Source: an uncultured Trueperaceae bacterium (GTDB taxonomy: Bacteria > Deinococcota > Deinococci > Deinococcales > Trueperaceae). Taken from it: 64,000 nucleotides of DNA. Below, in pieces: positions 11,332 to 19,533 of this stretch. The notes beneath the pieces are model-generated. The model saw nothing but the letters and a program-made list of their open reading frames with translations. It searched no databases and was not told where the DNA came from. The stretch is taken from the NCBI GenBank assembly GCA_963815215.1, contig CAWFFU010000003.1, positions 64,001-128,000 on the forward strand. The letters are read 5' to 3'. Made by a program: the position numbers and the translations under genes. Within the stretch, counting starts at the first letter, position 1. The number at the start of each line of letters is the position of its first letter.

Positions 11332-12036
11332 CTAGCCGTCGCCCTTCGGCCACAGGATGCGGCCGCAACTCGGGCAGCGCACCACGCCGCGATCGCGGCG
11401 TGCCTTCTGGATGACGTGGATCGGGAGCCGCACGCTGCAGCCGCCGCAGCGCTGGTTGTCCACGATCTCCACCAGGCCGAGGCCGCGTCGGGCGCGGCGC
11501 ACCTGCTCGTACTGCTTGAGAAGGCTCCGGTCGAGCGCGTTCGCCAGTGCTTCGCGCTGCGCCTTGAGACTCTCGGTCTTCTCGTCCACCGCGGCGACGC
11601 GCGCTTCCTCGTCGCTGACCATGGTGTCGAGCGTCGGCTGCAGCTCGTCGAGCTCGGCCTGGAGCCCGTCGACCTCCTGCTCCAGGACCTCGAGGTTCTC
11701 CATCAGCGGGAGCACGTCCTCTTCGAGTTCCTGCGCACGCGTCGCGAACTGCAGCTCCTGATTCTGGTACTGCGATGCTTCCTTGGCGCTGCTGGCGCGA
11801 AGGGATGATTCGGACGCGTCCTTGCGCCTCTGCTGCAGGGTCTTGAGGTCGAGCTCGGTGCTCGCGACGCGTTTGCGCAGCTCGTCGCGATCCTGCTGCT
11901 TCCGCTCCAGGCGGCGCACCAGGTCGCGCCGTTTCTCGCGCGTCTCCAGGAGTTCGGGCGGCGTCTGCGCCCGCTCTACCTGGAGCGCGTCGAGCTGCAG
12001 GTCGAACCCCTGGACTTCGCTCAACTTCTCCAACAT
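11332..12036 (-). CDS. Coiled-coil plus C4 zinc-ribbon protein (DUF164 / CT398-like)
   Basis: Long helical coiled coil, then YEQVRR...GLG...CGGC...CPSCGRIL; GGAGG RBS before ATG 12036. Confidence 0.88.
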   Translation of the reverse strand: MLEKLSEVQGFDLQLDALQVERAQTPPELLETREKRRDLVRRLERKQQDRDELRKRVASTELDLKTLQQRRKDASESSLRASSAKEASQYQNQELQFATRAQELEEDVLPLMENLEVLEQEVDGLQAELDELQPTLDTMVSDEEARVAAVDEKTESLKAQREALANALDRSLLKQYEQVRRARRGLGLVEIVDNQRCGGCSVRLPIHVIQKARRDRGVVRCPSCGRILWPKGDG

Positions 12037-12052
12037 GCCGCCTCCAGACACT

Positions 12053-12086
12053 AAAAAACTCCGTTCGCCCGGGCCGGAACGGAGTT
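12053..12086 (-). terminator. Intrinsic terminator in the 5' leader of the zinc-ribbon gene
   Basis: Minus strand AACTCCGTTC-cggcccgggc-GAACGGAGTT-TTTT: a 10-bp stem plus U run just upstream of the RBS. Confidence 0.75.
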
Positions 12087-12118
12087 CATGAACATGCCTT
12101 CGTGAACCGTCGCTTCAC
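12086..12118 (-). other. Candidate leaderless leader peptide MKRRFTKACS
   Basis: GTG 7 nt after extended -10 TGC-TACACT (12126-12131); stop TGA abuts the terminator 5' arm. Translation is inferred only. Confidence 0.4.
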
Positions 12119-12216
12119 AAAATCGAGTGTAGCACGGGCTGTGCCGGCGCGCTGCCGGCCGTGGTCGACCGGTCCGGGGGGCGCGGCCCGCGGTGTGGCT
12201 GTACAATGCCGTCGGC

Positions 12217-12699
12217 ATGATCGAGGACTCCCCAGAGTCGTTCATCCAGCGCTGGCGCGCTTTCGCTGCCGACGTCCAGCTGTTCGCGCGCACCGAGGGG
12301 TCGCCGCTGTTGGAGTGCATGGTGAACGGCGTGATCGTCCAGCTGCTCGATCGGACCGGTCCCTACATCGCCGGCCCGGGCCGCTGCCGCGTCATCCTCA
12401 ACCCCACCGTCGAGCGGCTCACGGGCGTCGAGCAGGAGGCCGAGGGCGCGAGCCTGGAGGTGACGGGGCTGGGCGAGCTGCGTGGAGCCGGTCGCGTGAT
12501 CGGCGGCGAGGGGCGCCTCACGGTCGTCGATTGCGGCGTGCCCCTGGTGGTGTCGGTGATGGACGAAGCGGCGGAACGCTTCGACGAGGGGCGCCTCGTG
12601 CGCTTCGAGGGGGTCCCCCCGGTGCACGGCTTCGTCGTGCTTGAAACGACTCGCTCGCGGCGTGTCGACGCGGGGGAGAGCACTGACGACGCTATGTGA
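12217..12699 (+). CDS. Hypothetical protein
   Basis: Coding-like GC3 pattern; ATG 12217 lies 9 nt after TACAAT; no motif recognised. Confidence 0.7.
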   Translation: MIEDSPESFIQRWRAFAADVQLFARTEGSPLLECMVNGVIVQLLDRTGPYIAGPGRCRVILNPTVERLTGVEQEAEGASLEVTGLGELRGAGRVIGGEGRLTVVDCGVPLVVSVMDEAAERFDEGRLVRFEGVPPVHGFVVLETTRSRRVDAGESTDDAM

Positions 12700-12754
12700 G
12701 CGCGGCCGTACCGGTAACCGGCCGCCGCGCGCCGGTCTGCTAGAATGACCGGTC

Positions 12755-14170
12755 ATGCCGAAGGTCATCCTCAGCCGCAAGGATCCCGGGCCCCAGGAGG
12801 TCACGCCGGCCGCGATCGCGCGGGTCGAGCCGGGTTCGCCTGCCGACCTCGCGGGCGTGCGCCCCGGCTGGGACCTGTTACGGGTCAACGGCAGCCCCGT
12901 TCCGGACGTGCTGGCGTACCGCCGCGAGCTCGGGCGCGGCGACGCCGTGGTGGAGGTACGCGAGCCGGGCAGCGGGCGCGTGAGCGCGTTCGAGGTGTCC
13001 TGGGAGGAGCCGGGGCTCGAGTTCGATGATGTCATCTTCGACGGCATCCGGCTGTGCGCCAACAAGTGCGACTTCTGCTACATCCATCAGATGCCCAAGG
13101 GCATGCGCAAGAGCCTCTACATCATGGACGACGACTTCCGTACCAGCTTCCTGTACGGTTCCTTCGTGACCCTGACCAACCTCACCGAGAACGATGTGCA
13201 GCGCATCCTCGACGAGCATCTGAGCCCGCTCTACGTGTCGGTGCACAGCGCCGACGAGGCGCTGCGCGACGACCTCATGAAGCCGTGGCCCAACAAGGTG
13301 CCGCTGCCCGAGGCGCTGCGCATCCGTGACATGATGGAGCGCCTGGCGGAGATCGATCTGTACACCCAGATGGTGGTGCTGCCCGGACGCAACGACGGCG
13401 AAGCGCTGTCGTCCACGCTTGCCTACCTCGCGGGCCGACCCAACGTGCAGGCGGTGGCCGCCGTGCCGGTCGGGCTGACGGCGCACCGGGCGCACCTGCC
13501 ACGGCTCGAGCCGCACACCGCCGAGCAGGCGGCGGACGTACTGCGACGGGTGCACGCCTTCCAGCAGCGCATGTTGTCGGAGCGCGGCACGCGCTTCGTG
13601 TTCGCCAGCGACGAGTTCTACCTGCGCGCCGGCGTCCCCCTGCCGAAGACCGCGGACTACGAGGGGTTCCCCATGCTGGAGAACGGCATCGGCATGGTGC
13701 GCGACTTCCTGGACGAGGGTCTGGCGGAGCTTCCCGAGCGTTGCGATCCTCCGCGCCGGGTGTTGCTCGTCACCGGGCGCCTGTTCGCCCCAGTGCTCCG
13801 TGACGCGGTCGCGCCGCTCGCCGCCCTCCCCGGCCTGGATCTCGAGGTGCGTGCGGTGGCCAACCGCACCTTCGGCGAGGTCACGACCGTGGCGGGCCTG
13901 CTCGCCGGGGGCGACCTGCTCGCCGCCGTCGAGCCGGGCGAGGCCGACCTGCTGCTCATCTCGCCGAACATGCTCAAGTACGGCACCGAGACGCTCCTCG
14001 ACGACACCACGCTGAGCGAGCTGCAGGAGCGTCTCGGCGTTCCCGTGCGCACCGGCGGCACCACCCTCGGCCGCCTGGCCCGCGCCGTGCTGCAGGGTTC
14101 GGCGGAGCACGACCTGCCGGCCTTCGGTTTCAGCACCCACGCGGTCAAGGAAGCGTCCAAGCAGCACTGA
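12755..14170 (+). CDS. PDZ plus radical-SAM-like Fe-S protein (DUF512 family)
   Basis: N-terminal PDZ (VEPGSPADLAGVRPG), CANKCDFC (CxxxCxxC), DDDFRTSFLYGSFVTLTN, VPVGLT, ENGIG. Confidence 0.9.
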   Translation: MPKVILSRKDPGPQEVTPAAIARVEPGSPADLAGVRPGWDLLRVNGSPVPDVLAYRRELGRGDAVVEVREPGSGRVSAFEVSWEEPGLEFDDVIFDGIRLCANKCDFCYIHQMPKGMRKSLYIMDDDFRTSFLYGSFVTLTNLTENDVQRILDEHLSPLYVSVHSADEALRDDLMKPWPNKVPLPEALRIRDMMERLAEIDLYTQMVVLPGRNDGEALSSTLAYLAGRPNVQAVAAVPVGLTAHRAHLPRLEPHTAEQAADVLRRVHAFQQRMLSERGTRFVFASDEFYLRAGVPLPKTADYEGFPMLENGIGMVRDFLDEGLAELPERCDPPRRVLLVTGRLFAPVLRDAVAPLAALPGLDLEVRAVANRTFGEVTTVAGLLAGGDLLAAVEPGEADLLLISPNMLKYGTETLLDDTTLSELQERLGVPVRTGGTTLGRLARAVLQGSAEHDLPAFGFSTHAVKEASKQH

Positions 14171-14220
14171 GCCTGCGCGCGGCAACGATCGTCGCCGTGC
14201 ACGCGTGGTAGCCTCCGATC

Positions 14221-15093
14221 GTGACCCGCGAGCCTTCCGTAACGCGCTCCCTCGGGCGCTACCTTGCCTTCGTCAAGTTCGAGCACACCCTCTTCGCCTT
14301 GCCCTTCGCCTACGGCAGCATGCTGCTGGCTGCCGGGGGGTGGCCCGGCTGGCGCGTGTTCACGCTCGTCAGCCTGGCGATGGTGGGCGCACGCAGTGCG
14401 GCCATGGCCCTCAACCGCGTCATCGACGCTCGCATCGACGGACAGAACCCGCGCACCAGCGACCGCGAGATCCCTGCAGGCCGGCTCACGCGCACCGACG
14501 GGTTGGCGATGGCCGGGGCGGGGCTGGCGTTGCTGGTGGTGGCCGGGGCGCTGCTCAACCCCCTGACGCTGGTCCTGCTGCCGGTCGCCGTCGTCTTCCT
14601 GACGGTCTACCCCTACCTCAAGCGCTTCACCTGGCTGTGCCACTTCTGGTTGGGCGCCACCATCGGCGCGGCGGCCGCGGGCGGCTGGATCGCGGTGACG
14701 GGCGCCTTCTCGTTCACCGCCGTGGCGCTGTGGGTGGCCGTCGGCGCCTGGATCGCCGGCTTCGACATCATCTACGGGGTGCTCGACCTGTCGTTCGACC
14801 GCCGCGCCGGCCTCCACAGCATCCCGGCGCGCTTCGGGGTGCGGCGGGCGCTGGCGGTATCGGCGGTCGCGCATGCGGTGAGCTTCGCGGCGCTCGCCGC
14901 CGTGCTGCTGTGGATCCACCTCGGCTGGCCGTACAGCGTGGCGCTCGCGGCCACCGCCGCGGTGCTGGTCTACGAGCAGGTGGCCGTGCGCCGACTCGAT
15001 CCCGCGGTGGTGCTGCGGACGTTCAACGCCAATCTCGCCGTGGGCGTGCTGATGCTCCTCGGCATCATGGGCGGCCTGGCACTGCGCGGTTGA
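14221..15093 (+). CDS. mqnP: UbiA-family prenyltransferase, MqnP-like (futalosine menaquinone pathway)
   Basis: KFEHTLFALPFA, ARSAAMALNRVIDARID, NPRT-REIP, YPYLKRFTWLCH, GFDIIY...D. Confidence 0.85.
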   Translation: MTREPSVTRSLGRYLAFVKFEHTLFALPFAYGSMLLAAGGWPGWRVFTLVSLAMVGARSAAMALNRVIDARIDGQNPRTSDREIPAGRLTRTDGLAMAGAGLALLVVAGALLNPLTLVLLPVAVVFLTVYPYLKRFTWLCHFWLGATIGAAAAGGWIAVTGAFSFTAVALWVAVGAWIAGFDIIYGVLDLSFDRRAGLHSIPARFGVRRALAVSAVAHAVSFAALAAVLLWIHLGWPYSVALAATAAVLVYEQVAVRRLDPAVVLRTFNANLAVGVLMLLGIMGGLALRG

Positions 15094-15163
15094 TCGTCTG
15101 CCCGGCCGCCCGACCGGGTGCCGGGGAACGGTGCTGCTGAGTGAACCTGTTACCGTAGCAGGC

Positions 15164-15808
15164 GTGGCCGAGGTTCCCCTGTTCCCGCTCGAGGTCGTGG
15201 TGTTCCCGGGCATGACCGTGCCGATCCACGTCTTCGAGGAGCGCTACAAGCGGCTCGTGCGGTTCTGCCTGGAGAACGATCGGAAGCGCTTCGTGATGGT
15301 GCTGGTGACACACAACGCGCCGATCCGGGACACGCCGGTCGGGATCGCCGAGATGGGGTCGCTGGTGGACATCCTGAGCGTGCAGGAGAACTCCGATGGC
15401 ACCTTCGATCTGCTGGTGCACGGGCAGGAGCGCTGCGGGGTCGAGGTCGTGCGGCGTGAGGACGTGCGTGAGGACGACGGCGGGCACCGTCCGCTGTTCT
15501 TCGTGGACGACGCCACGGCGACGATCGCGCGGGACGATCCCAACCAGGAACAGGTCGCGGCCTGGGACGCGCTCGATACATTCCGCCAGTACGCCGCGGT
15601 CTTCTTCGCCGACGGGGCGGTGTCGCAGGTGGAGGCCAACGTGCCCGAGGAGCCGCTCTACCAGGCGTCGTTCGTGTGCGCCAACTTGCGTGTGCCGCTG
15701 GCATCGCGCCAGGTGCTGCTCGAGGCCGGTTCGTTGCGCGAGCGGTTCGAGCTCGCTCGCAAGATGATGGCGGAGCAGCTCAGCGCCGCGCCCGAGAGGG
15801 AAGTGTGA
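15164..15808 (+). CDS. Stand-alone Lon N-terminal (substrate-binding) domain protein
   Basis: PLFPLEVVVFPGMTVPIHVFEERY...DG...G-ER; no ATPase or protease domain; GTG 15164 lies 7 nt after TGT-TACCGT. Confidence 0.85.
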   Translation: MAEVPLFPLEVVVFPGMTVPIHVFEERYKRLVRFCLENDRKRFVMVLVTHNAPIRDTPVGIAEMGSLVDILSVQENSDGTFDLLVHGQERCGVEVVRREDVREDDGGHRPLFFVDDATATIARDDPNQEQVAAWDALDTFRQYAAVFFADGAVSQVEANVPEEPLYQASFVCANLRVPLASRQVLLEAGSLRERFELARKMMAEQLSAAPEREV

Positions 15809-16941
15809 GCGTGCGGACGGAGCCCGACGCCGAGGCCTTGCGGTTCCGGTGGCCGGACCTTCCGGTCGTGACCGCGGACCTGCCCGGAACCGGGGGGCGC
15901 ATCCGCAGCCGTCCGGAGGACTTCCGGGTCGAGGAGATCCCCGCCTACCTGCCGCAGGGGAGTGGCTCTCACCTGTTCCTCAGAGTCGAGAAGCGCAACC
16001 TCACCACCCGTGACCTGGTGGCCGCGCTGATCCGGCACGGTTTGCGCGAGAACGAGATCGGCGTGGCCGGGCTGAAGGATAAGAGCGCCGTGACGGTGCA
16101 GTGGATCAGCGTGCCCAAGCGCGGCGAAGGGGCGGTGGCTGCGCTCGAGGCGATGCCGGGGGTCGCGGTGCTGGAGCGCGCTTACCACCGCAACAAGCTC
16201 GGGATCGGGCACCTGCGGGGCAACCGCTTCGACGTGCGAGTGCGCGATCTCGACGACACCGCGGGGGCGGCGGCGCGGGCCCGCGCCGTTCTGGAGGCGC
16301 TGGCCGAGTGGGGGACCCCGAACTACTTCGGTCCGCAGCGGTTCGGCCGTTTCGGCAACAACGCCATCGACGGCATCAAGGTGCTGCACGGCGAGCGCGT
16401 GCCCGGCGGCCATAGGCTGCGCCGCTTCTTCGTGTCGGCGTTGCAGTCGCTGCTGTTCAACGCGCTGTTGGCCGAGCGCATCGACGCCGGACTGTACCGC
16501 CGCGTCGTCACCGGGGACTGGGCCCGTAAGCACGACACCGGCGGGGTGTTCCGGGTCGAGGACGGGGCGCTGGAGTCACCGCGCGCCGACCGTCTCGAGA
16601 TCAGCGCCACGCTGCCGCTGTACGGCCGCCGGGTCCGGCTCTCCGAGGACGAGGCGGGCACCCTAGAGGCACGCGTGCTGGAACGCTACGGGCTGACCTG
16701 GAGCGCCTTCGGCTCCCGTCGAGGCGACCGCCGGTCCAGCCGGCTGGTGCTGGAGGCTCCCGATGTCCGCCAGGAGGACGGGGCGCTCGCCGTCGCCTTC
16801 ACGCTCCCCAAGGGGAGCTACGCCACGGTGGTGCTCCGCGAGCTGATGAAGGTCGACGTGGACGCGCCGCTCGAGCCCACTGCGGGCACCGGGGACCTCG
16901 ACCGCGCCGACGATGACGGCGATGACGATGACGCTGCTTGA
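15805..16941 (+). CDS. truD: tRNA pseudouridine(13) synthase
   Basis: PEDFRVEE, AGLKDKSAVTVQW, GHLRGNRF, PNYFGPQRFG, FTLPKGSYATVVLRE; GTGA overlap with the upstream gene. Confidence 0.95.
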   Translation: MSVRTEPDAEALRFRWPDLPVVTADLPGTGGRIRSRPEDFRVEEIPAYLPQGSGSHLFLRVEKRNLTTRDLVAALIRHGLRENEIGVAGLKDKSAVTVQWISVPKRGEGAVAALEAMPGVAVLERAYHRNKLGIGHLRGNRFDVRVRDLDDTAGAAARARAVLEALAEWGTPNYFGPQRFGRFGNNAIDGIKVLHGERVPGGHRLRRFFVSALQSLLFNALLAERIDAGLYRRVVTGDWARKHDTGGVFRVEDGALESPRADRLEISATLPLYGRRVRLSEDEAGTLEARVLERYGLTWSAFGSRRGDRRSSRLVLEAPDVRQEDGALAVAFTLPKGSYATVVLRELMKVDVDAPLEPTAGTGDLDRADDDGDDDDAA

Positions 16942-16965
16942 GAACGGACCCGTGCGCGGCGCCGC

Positions 16966-19413
16966 TCAGCCGGCACCGCCGCGGCGGCCGCCACGTCCGC
17001 GCCGACCCGCGCCCCGCTCCGACGGCCGCACCAGGCGCCGCGCCAGCAGCTCCACCAGGAACAGCAGCAGCGCTGCCGCCGCCAGGGGCGGCCACAACGG
17101 AATCCGGCTGCCGCCCACCGCAGGAGCGTAGGGGCCGGGCTCGGTGACGACGGTTCCGCCGGTCCGGCGGGCGATCTCGGCCAGGAGTGCGCTGCCGTTG
17201 CCGTCGGCGAACTCGGGGTCGGGGCCGCCCACGCCCGCCCGCGCGACCACCTTCGAACCCTCGGAGACGACCACGTCTCCGCTGCTACCGGCGGTGTAGG
17301 GCAGACGCGCCTGGTAGCGGCCCGGAGCCACCTGCTCCATGGTCGTGACCCTGCCGTCGAAGCGGGCCGTGAGCGTCTCGTTGTTGACGTACTCCCCGGC
17401 CTTCACCGCGTCGACCACCACCTGCAACGCTCCGCCGTCGCGCTTCGCACGCGCCTGATAGACCAGCGGGCTCGCCTGGAGCCAGCGGGCCAGGGTGGCG
17501 AGATCGCCCGGGAGGCCCGCCCAGGCTCCGAAGGGCCCGGCCCACTGGTTGAGGTCGGTGGTGAGCGCCGCCGTGCGTCCCAGGCCGACATGCCGGATGG
17601 CCAGGATCGGCTCCTGGCGCTTGCCTTCCAGCAGCTCCTGGGCGTCCGGCCTGAGGCTCGTCGCCACGTAGGCGTCGACCTGGGGGAGCACGCTCGGGAA
17701 CTGCAGCAGGGCGTTGGGGCGCGCCTGCGGAACGGTCGGGTCCTCGACCAGCAGCTTGCGGGTGGCGGTCAGCGCTTCACTGGTGAAGATCGACGGAAGG
17801 GTGTTCACGTCGAGCGCCTGGTAGTAGCGGCCTCCGCCGGCCGCGGCGATGGCGGAGAGGCGTTGGAAGTCCGCTGCGTCGCCGATGGCGATGGTGGAGG
17901 TGGTGATGCCGTCGGCACGCGCGCGGGCCGCCAGCGCACCGAAGTCGGTCACCGTCCCGCTGTTGAACGGTCCCTGCCCGTCGTAGAGCTTGCCGTCGGA
18001 GAGGATGATGACGTGTTTGACCGAAGCGCGCGCCTGTCGCAAGGCGTCGAGGGCGTCGGTGTAGGCGGGCCCGAGGACGGTGCCGCCGGCGGTGGTGATG
18101 GCGAGGATGCCCTGCAGCATCTCGCGCTTGCCACGTTCGGTGGCCTTGCGCAGGTGGAAGACCCAGCTCGTGCTGGACGGGTCGCTGAAGGCGATCAGGC
18201 CGATCAGGTCCTCCTGGTAGGCGAGCTCGACCACCTTGACGGCCCCCTGCTTGGCGAGCTCGAGCTTCGAGGGCGAGCCCGCGCTCATCGACTGGGAGTG
18301 GTCGAGGATGATGACCATCGCGACCTGCGGCACGGTGACCTGGGTCCGCACATCGGTGGAGACGGGAAGGACGTCCTCGACCGGGGTGCGGTACCAGCCG
18401 CCGAGCCCGAAGCTGTGGGGGCCGCCGGTCATCCACAGGCCGCCACCGCTCTGCACGTACTGCTTGAGGAGCTCGAGCTGGCCGGGCGTGAACTGCGCGG
18501 CGCTGCCCCGCACCACCACCGCGCCGACGTCCAGCGGCGCTTTGATGTCGGCGACCGTGCCGTCGCGCACGTCGATCCCCTGCGTGACCAGGAGCCGCGA
18601 CAGCGCCGGGTCGCCGATGACCAGAACAGGCGGCTTGGCGCGCACCGCGATGTCGGTGCGCTGCGCGTCATCGGCGGTCGGCTGCGCGAAGTCGGCAGTG
18701 AGCGCGGCATCGACCTCCACCGAGGAGGCGTCGGCGCCCACCTGGAAGCTGAACGGGATGGCGCTGCGGCCCACCGGGACGTCCTTCGTGATCGGGTCGA
18801 GGACACGCCCGTCGACACTCGGCCGCAAGGTCACGGTGCCGGCCCGGTCGCTGTCGACGACGGCCACCACCTGGACCTTCTGGCCGGGCGCCGCCTGTTC
18901 CGGCGCCAGGAGTTGCGACAGTCGCACGTTGGGACGGCGCGGCGCCAGGAGGGTGTCGACGGGGATGTCGGGCAGGGCGTTCAGGGCCTGGCCCCGCGAC
19001 TGGGCGCCATCGCTGACCAGCAGCACGCGGCGCGCGCCGGACGCGGCGGCCACCTGTAGCGCGCGGGCCAGGTCGGTCGAGCCGGTATCGAGGACCGAGG
19101 GGACCTCGGCGTTGAGCGTGGGCACCCGGGCGGTGTCACCCCCCACGTAGAAGACCTCGGGCCGCGCGGCGGCGCCGCGCCGATCGAGCGCCCGGACGGC
19201 CTGCAATGCACCGTTGCCGACGCTGGCGGAGACGTCGACCAGCACCGCGAGTCGACCTCCGGCTCCGGGCAGCGACGGCTGGGCGAGGCCCACCACCAGC
19301 AGCGCCAACCCCAACGCCCGCAACCACCACCAGGGCCGCCGCGGCAGCACGAGCAGCAGCGGCAAAGCCAGCAGCGCCCAGGGGAACCCCAGGTGAACGC
19401 CCGCGGGGAGCAC
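16966..19413 (-). CDS. Membrane-anchored double-VWA protein with central glutamine-amidotransferase-like domain
   Basis: BatA-like N-terminus (FPWALLALPLL), MIDAS motifs DVSAS and DHSQS, GGGLWMTGGPHSFGLGGW, C-terminal TM; GTG 19413 lies 5 nt after TGC-TAGCAT. Confidence 0.85.
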   Translation of the reverse strand: MLPAGVHLGFPWALLALPLLLVLPRRPWWWLRALGLALLVVGLAQPSLPGAGGRLAVLVDVSASVGNGALQAVRALDRRGAAARPEVFYVGGDTARVPTLNAEVPSVLDTGSTDLARALQVAAASGARRVLLVSDGAQSRGQALNALPDIPVDTLLAPRRPNVRLSQLLAPEQAAPGQKVQVVAVVDSDRAGTVTLRPSVDGRVLDPITKDVPVGRSAIPFSFQVGADASSVEVDAALTADFAQPTADDAQRTDIAVRAKPPVLVIGDPALSRLLVTQGIDVRDGTVADIKAPLDVGAVVVRGSAAQFTPGQLELLKQYVQSGGGLWMTGGPHSFGLGGWYRTPVEDVLPVSTDVRTQVTVPQVAMVIILDHSQSMSAGSPSKLELAKQGAVKVVELAYQEDLIGLIAFSDPSSTSWVFHLRKATERGKREMLQGILAITTAGGTVLGPAYTDALDALRQARASVKHVIILSDGKLYDGQGPFNSGTVTDFGALAARARADGITTSTIAIGDAADFQRLSAIAAAGGGRYYQALDVNTLPSIFTSEALTATRKLLVEDPTVPQARPNALLQFPSVLPQVDAYVATSLRPDAQELLEGKRQEPILAIRHVGLGRTAALTTDLNQWAGPFGAWAGLPGDLATLARWLQASPLVYQARAKRDGGALQVVVDAVKAGEYVNNETLTARFDGRVTTMEQVAPGRYQARLPYTAGSSGDVVVSEGSKVVARAGVGGPDPEFADGNGSALLAEIARRTGGTVVTEPGPYAPAVGGSRIPLWPPLAAAALLLFLVELLARRLVRPSERGAGRRGRGGRRGGAG

Positions 19414-19533
19414 GCCCCATGCTAGCAGCCGCGGGCGCCGCTCCCGGGACCGTCGCGACCCCGCGGGCGCAGTTGCGCCAGACGCGAAGTTTTCGCCCTG
19501 GGGACGATGCCATGCCCTGCTATGATTTCGGCG

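Noticed and set aside
12099..12120. Rex or CRP operator (TTGTGAA...TTCACGA on minus strand)
   Set aside because: Half-sites resemble Rex, but the spacer is 7 nt rather than 4, and it does not fit CRP spacing either. It may just be a leader hairpin.
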